A stretch of DNA of 64,000 bases from Cyanophora paradoxa CCMP329 (lineage: Eukaryota; Plantae; Glaucophyta). Of this stretch, positions 47,726 to 59,600 are shown one piece after another (position 1 is the first letter of the stretch; each line of letters begins with the position of its first letter). The notes beneath the pieces are model-generated. The model did no database searches. It saw only the letters and a program-made list of their open reading frames with translations, and had not been told where the DNA came from. The stretch is taken from the NCBI GenBank assembly GCA_004431415.1, contig QPMI01000495.1, positions 124,001 to 188,000 on the forward strand. Reading direction: 5' to 3'. The translations under genes and the position numbers were made by a program.

Positions 47726-50700
47726 TTATGTCCGGGGTATCGACGCGTCCGACTTCGCTTCCCCGATTCCTTCGTCGTGGGGCAAGGGGCGCTGGTGGAG
47801 GGAGTGTCCGCCGGGTACGGGGATCGGCTCGGCGGGCGGCGAGGAGGGCCCGGCGGACAGGGCGTGGGCCGCCTGCGCGGGCGTCAGGCCCGAACTGCAT
47901 GGTGTCACGAGATTCGTGGGTGCGGGCCTGGCGTCGGGGGGAGGCGACGGGCGTGGAGGGCTCCGACTCCATACGGAACGCATCGTACGTGAAGTGAGCG
48001 TCTGCAAACGAAGGCGCGTCGCTACGGGCGGATGCGGGGTACAGCTTTCGTAGGGCGCGCCTGGCAGGGGGAGGTACGAGGAATCCGAGGAGCCGACGTG
48101 GCGGCTTGAGCTCTTGCGGCCTGCCGGGGGAAATTCAGAGGGGTAGGAAAGGGGGGAGAGGGGAGGGAGGGAGGGAGGGGGAAGGAAAAGGGGGGAAGGG
48201 GAAGGGGTAGAGGAGGTAGGAGGGGGGAGGGGGGTAATAGGAGTGGGGAATGGGGAGGGAGAGAGATGGGGGATACCCGCGGGGTGGTCGGAGGGGAGGA
48301 GCACGAGGTACACGAGGAAGAGGAAGAGTACGGCGAAGAGGATCTGCGGGGCGCGGGTTCGAATTCGTCCAGAGAGACTTTCGGAAGCGGGAGGAGGGGT
48401 ACCAGCGCGGCGACGGCGAGGGGGGCGGACATGGCGAGCGCGTCCTTGACGAGGTCCACCACTGGAGGTACGGAAAATGGGCAAAGGGGGGCAAGTGCGC
48501 GGCAAGAGAGGAGGAACCAGCGAGCACCGAACCACAGGTTGAGCGCCACAATCAGCGTGGCGCAGAACCAGCCGAGGACGGATACCTGATTTCCGGGGGG
48601 CGGTGAATTAGCGAGGGGGTACGCAATGCACGAGGGGGGTGAAGCCACCCAGCGCGGGTTCGCGAAGGGTCCCATGAGGCGCTGCGGGGATACCGGTCAG
48701 ACGCGCGATCCGGCGGGGGGCGGGGGGGGGGGGTAGGGGAAGGGGGGTAAAGCGGGCGTACCTTCGATCCGGAGAACTTAAGGAGGGGTACGACGGCGAA
48801 GGGCAGCTGAAGCGAGAGGATCGTCTGCGGGGCGCGTTCGGATCCGGGGTGCATCGATTCAGATGGGGGCAGGATAAAAAAGAGAGGGACCTGGGATATC
48901 AGGAGGAGCTGGTACATCCCCCCGTCGCCCGTGATCACGATCACGACAACGGCCGGCGCAACGGCCACGAATCTGGATGAGGGGTTCAGGGTACGGGGAC
49001 GCCTGGCAGGCGGGGGTACGCGGAGAGGGCGCACCGTGTGACGAGGCGGCGGATCCAGGGGCGGATGCGCATCTCGACGAAACCCTGGGGCGGGGGCCGT
49101 GAGCCGGGCCCGCGGGCCGGGGTCACCGACCCTGAACACGCGCCCCGGGCTCCATTCGAGCATTTTCCGCTGGCATCGTCAGCTTTAAACCTTCCCTTGT
49201 TTGAACTCAACACTTCGACTCTCCCCGAAACTCTCGCTGAGACTCCCCCGGGCGCACCTCCATGACGTACTGGCCGGCGAGGGTTCCGGTTATCGTGGAG
49301 GACTGCCCGGCGCAGAGCAGCGCCAGCCCGAACGCGAACGGCGCCAGCTTGCTGCGCGCGCGGCGCCGCCCGTCAGCTCGCTTCCGGGGACGAGGAGGCG
49401 CGCTCGAGGGCGGGATGAACGCGGGACGGCGGGTTGGAGTGGATGCGTGGATAGGGGCGGGGCGGACCTGTTGAGGAGGGTCTCGAGGAGGGCGTGCGCC
49501 TGCTGGAGGGTCGTCACCTCCTCCTTCCCGTAGAAGGACGCCGCCGAGACCTGCCGCCCCCAGAGGAACCCGTCAGCCGGCCGCTGCACCGCGCGGCAGC
49601 GCGCGCAGGAGGCTGCTGCGCTCGGCGGGCGGGAAGGCGGGCGGGCCATGAGGATGGAGAGGTTGACGAAGAAGGCGATGTTGAGGGCGAGGATCGAGTC
49701 CACCAGGTTGTACAGGCACGCCCGCCGGATGTTCTCCTGCGCCGCCGGGCGCGCGCCGCCGGCCGCCGACCCCTCAGCGCCCGCGCCCCGCGCCCCTCGC
49801 CCTTCCGCCAACTTCTATCCCTCGTCCCAATTCCAGCGCCCCCTCCGTTCTATGAAAGTTCCTCTCAGGACTTTTGCGGGGGAGAGCGCACGACGTTGCG
49901 CTCGAAGGTTCGGCTCTGGACGACTGCCGAGTGCAGGTAGAAGTCTGATCGGGGGTAGGTGCGTCAAGGGGCAGGGGGGAGAGGCCGTATTCGGGAATGG
50001 GGAGGTGGCGGGCGTGGCGCACTGTGGGGCATGACGGTCTGCCGGGGGAGAAGGCGCGAGTCAGGGGGTACGAGTGCATCGAAGAAGAAGGGGCTGCAGG
50101 GCGGGTTCGCACCGCGCCCAGGATGCCCATCGCGACGAACACCGATTCGTTGTTCAGCCTGAGGGCGAAGGGCGCCCGCCCGGTCGCTCCGGCGCACCCC
50201 GGGTGTCAGTCGAGGGTCGAGGGGGGGTACCGGGGGATGAAGAGGCCGGAGAGGACGGAGGAGAGGGAGGGGCGGCAGAGGAAGATCTCGAGGATGAAGC
50301 AGGAAGAGACGACGGAGAGCAGGATGAAGACTGCGGCTCGAGTCGGACCGGGGACAAACCCGCGAGGCAGCGGGGGCGGCAGCGAGGGCGGCCGTGGGAG
50401 CGGGCGGCACGCACCCACGAGCTCGAGCTTTCGCATCCCAAAGTTCTGGATGGCGAGAAAGAACACCGTGTCCGTCGCCGTGATGATGACTCCTGGGAGC
50501 CGCGTGAGCGGGTACCGTGTTCCGCGGGGGGTACAGGGGCTCGCCGATGAGGATGGGGATGCCCGTGATGAGGTTCAGGCCGACGGCGGTCCCGATCACC
50601 TCCGCCAGGTCCGTCGCTGTACCCCGGTGAGCCCCGAAAGCGCGTACCCCCTCGGGTGGCCGCACCGGCAATGGCGAGCTCTGCGAGGAACCAGAGGGCC

Positions 50701-51589
50701 CAGCAAGCATGCTTTGGGTACTCTGTGGGGTACATTATCGATCGTCGAGGGGCGGAACTGCGGCGGGGTCCAGGAATCGCGCACCCTCGTGGCAGAGCTG
50801 GGCCAGGTGCAGGTCCGTCACCTGCCCCAGGCGGGCCGCGAGGGTCTGCGGGCGTCACGGCTCGCAAGAGGCGGTACATGTTTGTGCGAGATTGCCACTG
50901 CGCGGGCGGGGGGCGGGCCTGGAGCAGGATGGCCATCAGATTGGAGACGGCGAGGACCCTACGCGAGGCCGGTGAGAGGTGGGTGGGCGAGCGGGCGCGC
51001 CGCTCGCGCGCATGCTCACCAGACGAGGTCGTATCCGAATCGGCTACCCCCCTCGATGTCCGTCGCCCAATTGCCGGGGTCCTGGCCCGGCGGTCAGCGT
51101 AGGAAGGGGACCCGCGAGCTCGCGAAACGCGCCATGTATCCAATGGAGATCATGAACTGCGGAAGTGCAGGTCAGATGCGCGCGGTTCGCGCGCGGGTGC
51201 CGGGGCGCACCGCGGGGCCGATGAACTGTGTGGCGCAATTGCAAGGGCGCAGCGTCAGCCACGCGGCTCGGGCCTGGAGCGCAGGCGCCCACCTTCTTGA
51301 GGCTGGAGAGCTTGAAGGTGTTGTCATTGGAAGCGAACTCCACGTGCACCTCTCCGCTCCGCTCCGCGTTGCTCTCTCGGACCCGTGGCTTCCACGCCGG
51401 CACCACCGCATCTTCAGCTTCGCTGTGGCAGACGGGTCAGGCTCGGGGCTGAACCGTATGCGCGAGAACGCACTCCATGGTGCCGAGTCTGCGCCCGAGA
51501 GCAGGAGGATCAGCGCGGGAAGCAAGCGCCGGGTGCGGTTCCGTGCACCCGCTCTCGACCAACCGATCGAGTTGCACGAACGTCGCCAT
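47726..51589 (-). CDS. NRAMP/MntH divalent metal transporter; multi-exon
   Basis: [82 protein letters not shown]. Confidence 0.93.
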
Positions 51590-51907
51590 GTCCAGGGCGC
51601 TCTAAAGCACGGCACCGCCCTTCTCCCGCGAAGCGAGCGCCTGGGCGTGCTTTGAGCGGGTAAGGTCGGTGGGGGACGTGCCGGGTTCGCGATGCGCACG
51701 ACACGGTGCGATGTGTGTATCGATGCGTTCTGCGGTCTAGCCAAGGCGATCCTGGTTCTGGTTTGCTCCGCAAACAAGTTGTACCCGTAATTTGAAGCTG
51801 CAAAAAGTTAAAGCGGCGGGAATCGGAGGCGTACGGCGCTCGGAAATCCCCCAAGAGGGTTGCGGCAATCTGTAGCAGCGTTCTTTTCTCGCTTCAAAGC
51901 CCGCGCG

Positions 51908-54340
51908 ATGAAAGCGAAGCGGCGAAAGAAGAGCGCAAAGCCGTCTGCGAAGCAGAAAGACATCTGCAATGCCGATCCGGACTCTGCGGAATTGAGCGCA
52001 GCTGCGGAGGCCCCTTCGAAGCGAGCGCCACAGGCGACAGCGACGAGAGCCGGCACGCGAAAGCGGCGGCATCGAGAGAGCGAGCCGAGCGATGCAGCTG
52101 CGCCGGAAGTGCTCGTCGCAAAGACCGCTCCGGCGGCCCCGCAGCCCGAATCCCGCTGGTCGCGCCGCCGGAGCTCGGCTCGCGGGGCCTCCGCGACTGC
52201 CCCTTGCCGTCGCTCGTCATCGGATGAGCGGAAAGTGGCACGGGAGGCCCCGGAAGGAAGTCGACAAGGCTCGGAGGCCGACGCGGACCCGGACGCGAGC
52301 CCCTCGCGACCCCAGCCACGCGTCCGCCGCAGCGGCAGCTCCGCGGGCCCCTCCGCCTCCAACCAGTCCCTTTCTCGAGCCTCTTCTATCTCCTATTTAT
52401 CTTCCTGTCCGGCCCCAAGTGCCAGCAGCTCCCAGCCATCCCAGCCAGCCCCCGTCTCTTCCTCCGCGCCCCCTTCCGAGTTCCTTCGCGACACCACCGG
52501 CGAGGCGACCGTAGGGGAATGGCGCGTCGAGTACGCCAGCGTGACCACTCCTGGCGGGCGCTACGGCGGCCTGAACCAAGTTCGAACCCCGCGCGACCCC
52601 GTTCCCGCGCCGCGCTGTAGCCCCCGCGCAGGACCGTCACTTCGTTCTCCTCGACACGTCCTCCGGTTCACTCTTCTTCGTCGTGGCGGACGGGCACGGG
52701 CCTTCTGGCCACGTCCGCGCACCCCCCCCCCCTCCCCCCCCCCCCCCCCCCCCCTCATCCTCATTTCCTCTCCTGCGCCTTCTTCGAACTCCGTCGAGCG
52801 AGGGGGCGCGCAGATGGCCGCAGAAACCGCCTGCCGGTCCTTCCGCTCCTCCCTCGGCGCTTCCCCGATCGCCAGTGCGCGCCTACCCCGCTACCCAGCG
52901 CTTCACGCCCTGTACCCACCTCACCGGACTGGCAGGCGTGCCGGCGCGCGAGGCCGAGGGGACGCTTCGCAGCCTCTTCCGCGCCGCCCACGAGCGGGTC
53001 CTCGAGCTCTACGGGGTACGCCTCCCGCCGCCCAAAGACGATGCGGTACGCCACGCACCCGACGCCCCGCCCGGCAGAGCCCGGGCGCCCTGAAGCAGAC
53101 GCACGTGCTGTGCGTGCCCGCGCCTGCTCTCCCGCACCTGTGCCGGGTACCCGTCTCGCTTATACTTTCTTTCGTTTTCCTCAGGTTCACGGCGGGGGCG
53201 GAGGCGGCGCGGTTCGAGCTGCGGGCGGCGCTGCCGGGCGGGGGGCTCGCGTACGTGAACACCACGAACGCGGGCGACGTGCGCCCCGCCCTCGAAGAGG
53301 CGCGCTGAGCGAGGCCTAGGCGCGCGGCGCTGAGCGGGCCGGCGTGCAGGTGCGCTCCGTCGAGTTCGGGACGACGGCGACCATCGTCGCCCTGCGCCCC
53401 GACGGCGCCCTCGTCTCCGCGAACGCCGGTACCCCCCCCCCTCCAGACCCCAGGGCTGGGCGGGGAGACGAGCGAAGGCGCGGGGGGGCGGGGACAGGGG
53501 ACTCGGTTGCAGTGCTGGGCGGCCGGCGGCGGGGCGCCCTCGCCCCCGCCGGGCGAGTCTCCGAGATGCACCACTCCAGCAACCCGTAGCTCCCCCACCT
53601 CCCCCCTTCCCTTCCCGGCCGCTCACCAGCGCCCCCGCTCAGGCGCGAGCGGGGGCGCGTGACGAAGCGGGGGGCGGGCATGACCTGGCGGGACCCCTAC
53701 CTGTACCCCCCTCCCGACTCCCCCGGGCCCCGCGTGCGCGCGCCCCTCCACCCCATTGCCAGCGCGGCCTGAGGGGGTTCAGGTTGCGGGCATCGCCCTG
53801 ACGCGATGTGCGTTCCCTGACGCCCTGACCTGCATCGCCCTGATTCCAGCATCGAACCAGCGCTGGGCCACCGCTCCCTGTGCCAGCACGGGATCACCTG
53901 GGAGCCGTTTTGCGCGTCGCGTACCCTCTCGAAGCCAGGCGGCGGCCGCGACTCGGGGGGCGGACCGGGGTACGCCCTGATCGTCGCGAGCGACGGACTC
54001 TGGGAGCAGCTGAGCGACGAGGGTATACGAACCCATCCGCCCGCTGCACCTCTACCCCTTCTAATCTCCCAATCCCCGCAGAGGCGCTGAGCCTGCTGGA
54101 CGGATGCTCCTCGGCGCGCGAGGGGGCTGCCCTCCTCGCCGCCGCCGCCGCTGCGAAGGTCGCGATTCCCGTACCCCCACTCCCAACGCCGCACGCGCAG
54201 CGTGTGCGGTCCGTCTCACCGTCGTGTGTCGCGCCTTGCAGTACGGTGTGGAGGACCGCGTGGACAACATCTCGGTCATCTGCGCACTCCTGTGGCCTGC
54301 GGCAGGTGGGGAGGCCTCGCGATCGGAGGGGCGGCGGTAG
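51908..54340 (+). CDS. PP2C/PPM-family protein phosphatase with basic low-complexity N-terminus; multi-exon
   Basis: NQ|DR; FVVADGHG; GTTATIV; SANAG|DS; LIVASDGLWEQLS; DNISVI. Confidence 0.85.
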
Positions 54341-54753
54341 AGGCGCTGAGCTCGAGGGTGGTGGGTGTACAAGTTGTATGCAACTGGAGCTCGAGAAGCT
54401 CGCGCACCGAGAGAGTCGCCCTACACTAGTACATGGCACTATAGCTACATGCTTATGCACAGCAGCACAGCAGCACAGCACAGCCTGCACAGCTGCAGGA
54501 TCGGAGACGGCGACCGCAGCGTTTCGACCCAGCGAATCGACGCGGCTCGTACGGAGTCGTACCTCGTCACGGTTTTGGGGGTCGTAGCTGTGGAGCCTGT
54601 GGTACCCCTTCAACGGGGCCGAAACGCAATCGGCCCCAGGAACGTCGACGTGCCGTTGGTCGCTTCGCCAAATCGCTCTGCATGTACATGTAGTCGGAGC
54701 CTTTTTCCACGTGACCACTGACGACTGACCACTGACCAGTGACCACTAAGCAG

Positions 54754-55134
54754 TAGGGCACTGGCCGGCGGCCAAGCCGGCTAGCTAGCCGGCCAGTTTG
54801 GGTCGGGGGGCGACGGGCTAGGCAGCCGAAACCTCGGCTTGCCAGCCCAGGGGTTTTGTCGGTTTTCCCCGGCTTGTCAGCCAAGTCAGCAAGCCGGCGC
54901 CCGGGGCTCGCAAACGAGCCGGCGAACGAAGCATAGGTGAAGTTATAATTAGCGCGAGCTGCACCAAGCCAGACCAAGCCGCGCTGGCCACCGGTACCAT
55001 AGTAACTGGCAAGCCGCTGGCAAGCCAGCCGAAATTTTGGAGCCGCCAAGCCGCTAGGGCCAGTCCCGGTGCAAGCTTTCGGAATTTTGGGCCAGCCCCG
55101 GTGCAAGCTTCTAGACCCGGTGGCCAGTGCCCTA
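54754..55134. mobile_element. MITE-like element with 13-bp terminal inverted repeats (hAT-like TAGGG ends)
   Basis: tagggcactggcc (54754-54766) and ggccagtgcccta (55122-55134); internal caagcc/ggcttg repeats; no clean TSD. Confidence 0.65.
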
Positions 55135-55344
55135 TACTAATTATAAGCAGCGCGCAACTTTAGAGTTTGCAAGCCTTCGAAATTCATTCAATGATTAATA
55201 TTGTACTCGTTGACGTGACGAGCATGCAGTCGTTCACATGTACATGCATCCAGTGATGTCATCATGATGTCAATTTAATGCAGCTGGCGCGCGGCGCGCG
55301 CGCCGGCCCCGCCGCCGCCCGCCGGGCGCCGCGGGCCTAAAAAC

Positions 55345-55755
55345 CCTCGGCTCGAGCCAGTTCGAGCCGGCCCGCTCCAGCCTCGAGCCAGCTCGAGCCC
55401 GGCTTGAGCCGGCCTAAGGGGGGGAGCCGGCCGAATAGAGGCAGGCTAGCCGCGGCCTGTACGTGCATGTATTTACATGCAAATCAGGCCCGCGACACGC
55501 GCTATAACGCTAGAAATGAGAAGTTTACGTCCGAGGCCGCCCCTCCGAGGCTCTCCCCGGGCCGCGGGCCCCCCGGCTCGAGCCCTGGCTGGCCGGCCGG
55601 CTCGACCTAGCTCGCCCCCCCCGGCTCGAGCCAGCCCTCCCCTCGCAACGAGCCGGCTCGGCTCGAGCCAGCCGACCCTCGCCACGAGCCGGCTCGAGCC
55701 GGGAAAAAGGTCGGCTCGAGCCGGCTCGGCTCGAGCCGGCTCGGCTCGAGCCGAA
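55345..55755. repeat. Cluster of palindromic ggctcgagcc motifs
   Basis: About ten exact or near-exact copies in 55349-55412 and 55575-55752. Confidence 0.75.
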
Positions 55756-56168
55756 GATCTATCATGCATGGCATGAGCAGTACCGTGCCAGACTGCCAGT
55801 ACGTCTACCTGTACGTAGTACCGGTACCTGATAGTATAGTTACTATAGTACAGTAGCACGCTGTGACTCCTGTGAGCCTGCATCTGACGGCGCCGGCGCC
55901 GGCGCCGGTCTCGCGCGCTCATGTTACAGTCTCTCTCTCTCAACTTACAGAGTCATGTATCAGCGGCCCGGCGGCTGCGCGCATCGATATCGATATATCG
56001 ATATCCCAGGCGATTCTCCGCGCCGCCGCGCGACGTGGAACGGTGGAAGGACCTTAAGCTTGCCGAGTCGGCGACGGCCGCGGGGCCGGCGCGGGCGCTG
56101 ATATACATCCATATGGCAATACGGCTAGTTTAGCTTGTCGATCGCTGCTCCCTAGGCCCCCCCGCGGC

Positions 56169-56390
56169 CGGCGGCTACATCGCCGCTGCATCTTCGCCAG
56201 CGCGGCCGCCGCTCCAACAATCGGCGCGCGCGGGGTGCTAATTGCAACGGGCACCGCTGCTCCCTAATAGTCCCCATATAGCTAGCTAGGCCTGAGCAAT
56301 CAATATCCCCGGCGGCCACATCGGCGCTGCATCCTCGCCAGCGCGGCCGCCGCTCCAACAATCGGCGCGCGCGGGGTGCTAATTGCAACG
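56169..56390. repeat. ~82-bp direct repeat (2 copies) upstream of PDE paralog B
   Basis: cggcggc.acatcg.cgctgcatc.tcgccagcgcggccgccgctccaacaatcggcgcgcgcggggtgctaattgcaacgg at 56169-56250 and about 56309-56390. Confidence 0.9.
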
Positions 56391-56655
56391 GTGCCCCCCG
56401 CCACGCGCGCGGCCGCGGCCGAGTCGAGCCATCGAGGGTGCGCGGCCGTGCGCCTGGCCCATGGCCCCTTTGCCACCGCGGCGCGGCCTTCCCAACTGGG
56501 CGGCCGACCGATCACTGGCTGCAGGCCTCTGACTGCGGTCGCGTGCGCAGTGCGCCGTAGGCCACGAGCGGTTCCTCCGGGTGCGCTCGGACTCCATCCA
56601 ATATTGCAAGCACGAATTGCGCTGAGCCGAGTTTCACCGTCCGCGGCCTCAGGCC

Positions 56656-59600
56656 ATGGCCGGCGATGGCCTCTCGCACTTGCGGACGGCCCGCGTGCAC
56701 GCGGCGCCGGCCGCGGCCGCGGCGCCGGCGTCGGCGAAGTCTGCGGCCGAGGACGACGACGGGCGGTCGGAATCGATGGCGTCGCGCGCGCCCTCGCGTG
56801 TTGACCTCCGCCAGCCCCCCTCCCGCCTCTCCCCATCCGGACCCCCTCTCCGCCTCCTGCCCCACACGGCGAGCGGGCGGGAGTCCTCAACCGGCCGCGG
56901 CGGCGCTGACGCCGCTGGCGGACTCGGTAAGATCGATCTGGCGCCGGCCTCCCCGACGCCCGCGGAGGGGGGACAGCCGCCGCCGGGCCCAGGGCCGCCC
57001 CGGCGGGCGCGGCGGGCGCAGCGGGGGCCGAGCTCGCACTCGCTGGGGCGGAAGCAGGCGCTCGCCTCGTGGTTCTCGGAGACGTTCGCGTCGTGGGAGA
57101 AGCCGAGCTTCGTCCCCCGCAGCTTCCCCGACCCCGCCATCGAGCACGAGTTCCAGGAGGAGTGGGTCAGCGAGAGGGTCGCCGGGACGCGCTACACGCT
57201 GGCCTTCGGGGCCGCCAGCTTCGTCATCACCGGTATCTAGATCTTCGGGTTCCGGCATTGGCGCCGCCCTCGATTTCCGCCCCGTTTACGCCCGCGCAGC
57301 GGCTCTCTTTCTGGCCGGGCACTACCGGGGCCTCATAGACTTTGGGCACACGAACGGGGAGGGCGCGACTGACCACCTGGCGGCGATTATGGCGTCGGCG
57401 GCCCTGCCCCCCGTCGCGGCAATCTTCACGATCGTGCTCGGCCGCCGCGCCCACGTCGGATCCCGCAGGCGCGCTGCCGCAGCCGGGGCTTGCCCTCTCC
57501 ATTCCACCTCTGAGCGAAGCGATGTGTGTTCGCGCAGGCACATCCAGATGGGGATCAGCTGCGTCCTGCTGGCCATTTACGGGAGCACGTACTACGCCGC
57601 CCGCGTGCGCGCCCGCCTCTGCGACGGCGCTAGCGAATCGCGCGTCCCGTAAAACACCAATATCAACATCGTTAAGCGCCGAGCTGCTGATCTCTAGGCT
57701 CTATCCGCCGGAGTCGTCGGCCGTGATAGACCGACGAATGCAATCGCAAGCTCTGATTGCGAGCTGCGCCGTCACCTCAGACGACGGAGACGATCGCATT
57801 CCTGTTCACGCGCGTCTGCGCGCTCTCCTTCGTGGCGCCCCTCTTCTTCGGCCTCCCCTACGCTCACTCCCTCCTCGTCAACGGCTCCGGCGCCGCCCTC
57901 GCCGTCGGTGCTCCCGCCCCCGCCCCCGCCCCGCCCGCCCCCCGCCCCCCGCCGCCCGCCTCCGTCTGATGCGCGCCCGCGCGCGTGCGTGGCGCAGCGT
58001 TCCTCGTGGAATTCTTGTACCACGGCGGGAATGTGGGGTGGGACGCCGCGCTCGCCATCCCCACCTGCATCGCTTCCGTCTTCTTCGGCACCTCCGCCGC
58101 CCTCCGCAACGAGCACGCCGCCCGCCGGGCGCGCCCCCCTTCCGCTCCCGTCCGCCCGCCCTACTGCGCCCCTCTGACGGCGCGGCAGGCCTTCCTGCTG
58201 AAGCGAGAGAGCAAGCTGGAGTCGGAGATCCTGAAGGCCAAGTCGGCGCACCTCGTCAGCGAGCTGCACGCCTTTCGGTGCGCGGCGCCTCGGCGCCTCG
58301 GCGCGTTGCTCACGGAGGGCCGCGGGGCGGGCCGGGCAGGGAGATCACGGCTGCGCTGGACCTCTCGTCGCCGCCGGCGTTCGCGGTGAACATCCTCGGC
58401 GACCTCTTCGAGAAGCTCGTCGAGGGCGCGCCCGCCCGCCCCGCCCCGACCGCCCCGCCCCGCGCTCGCGCCCCGCCTGACCCGGCGGGGCCGCAGAGGG
58501 GACGCAGGCGAGCACGCGGCACGCCGAGGTCGTCAGCGCCGCGTCCGCTGCATCCTCGCCGGCGCCCGCAACGGCACCGTGCGGCCCCCGCCGCCCGCCG
58601 CCCGCGGCGCCGCGCAGCGCGGGCGAACCGGGCGGGGCGGCGCAGGCGCTGGTGGAGGCGGGCCCGCCGGCGGCGCGCTCGTCGGACGCCGACGAGGTGG
58701 AGGCGCTGCAGGAGTTCAAGGGCCCGCCCCGCCCGCCCCGCCCCGCCCCGCCACGGCGCCTCCCGCCTGAGCGCCGGCCCGCGCAGCCTGGACCTCGGCC
58801 TTCACGGGGCAGGGCCAGCAGCCCCGCAACTCCGACTCGAGCGTCCGCTCCCTGGGCCTCCTCCAAAGGGTACCCCCGCTCTCTCTGCTGGCGGCACCTG
58901 CTCTACCCCATCCCTTCTGCCCCCGAGCACTCTGCTCTGCCCGAGTGTATCCTTACTCGCTCTCTCTATGGACTAGTCTCTCTCTAGCCTCTCGCTAGTC
59001 TCTCGGCCAAGTGACAATCTCTCTCTCTTCTTCCTCTTGCTTCCACGCGCCCCTCCGCGTCGCGTGCGGAGCCCCCTCCCTCACGCGCGCGCGCGCAGGT
59101 GCCGAGCTTCGGGTCCTTCCGGTGGGGCGGCGCCACGGCCTCGGGCTCGGGCTCGGGGTCGCCGGTGCCCGGCCCCTCGGCCTCGGGGGCGCTGCTGCCC
59201 CGCGCCGCCACCTTCGCCGACGCCCCCTCCGCCGAGCTCGCCAAGGTGCGCCCCCTCCTCCCGCCATGCCCGGTTCATCTAGAGCCCCTCGCCCGCTCGC
59301 GCTCGCGTTCCACCGGGAGCCGTGCGCGAGCGACCCCCGCCGCAGGTGGCAGAGGCCGCCGTCTCCGACGCGTGGGACGACTTCGGTGCGCCGCCCCACT
59401 CCGCCTCCCAGCTGCTGGCGAACCGCCGTACCCCCGCAGACGCGTTCACGCTCGAGAGGCACGCCGGGGGCAGGCCCCTCGAGTTCCTCGCGTGCGTACC
59501 CCCCTCTCCAGCTTCCGGTCCGCCTGGCTGATGTGGTGCTTGCACCCAGGACTGAGGTGGGGAGAAGAACGTCCATCCTGCAGGCGAACGCCGTCGACGT

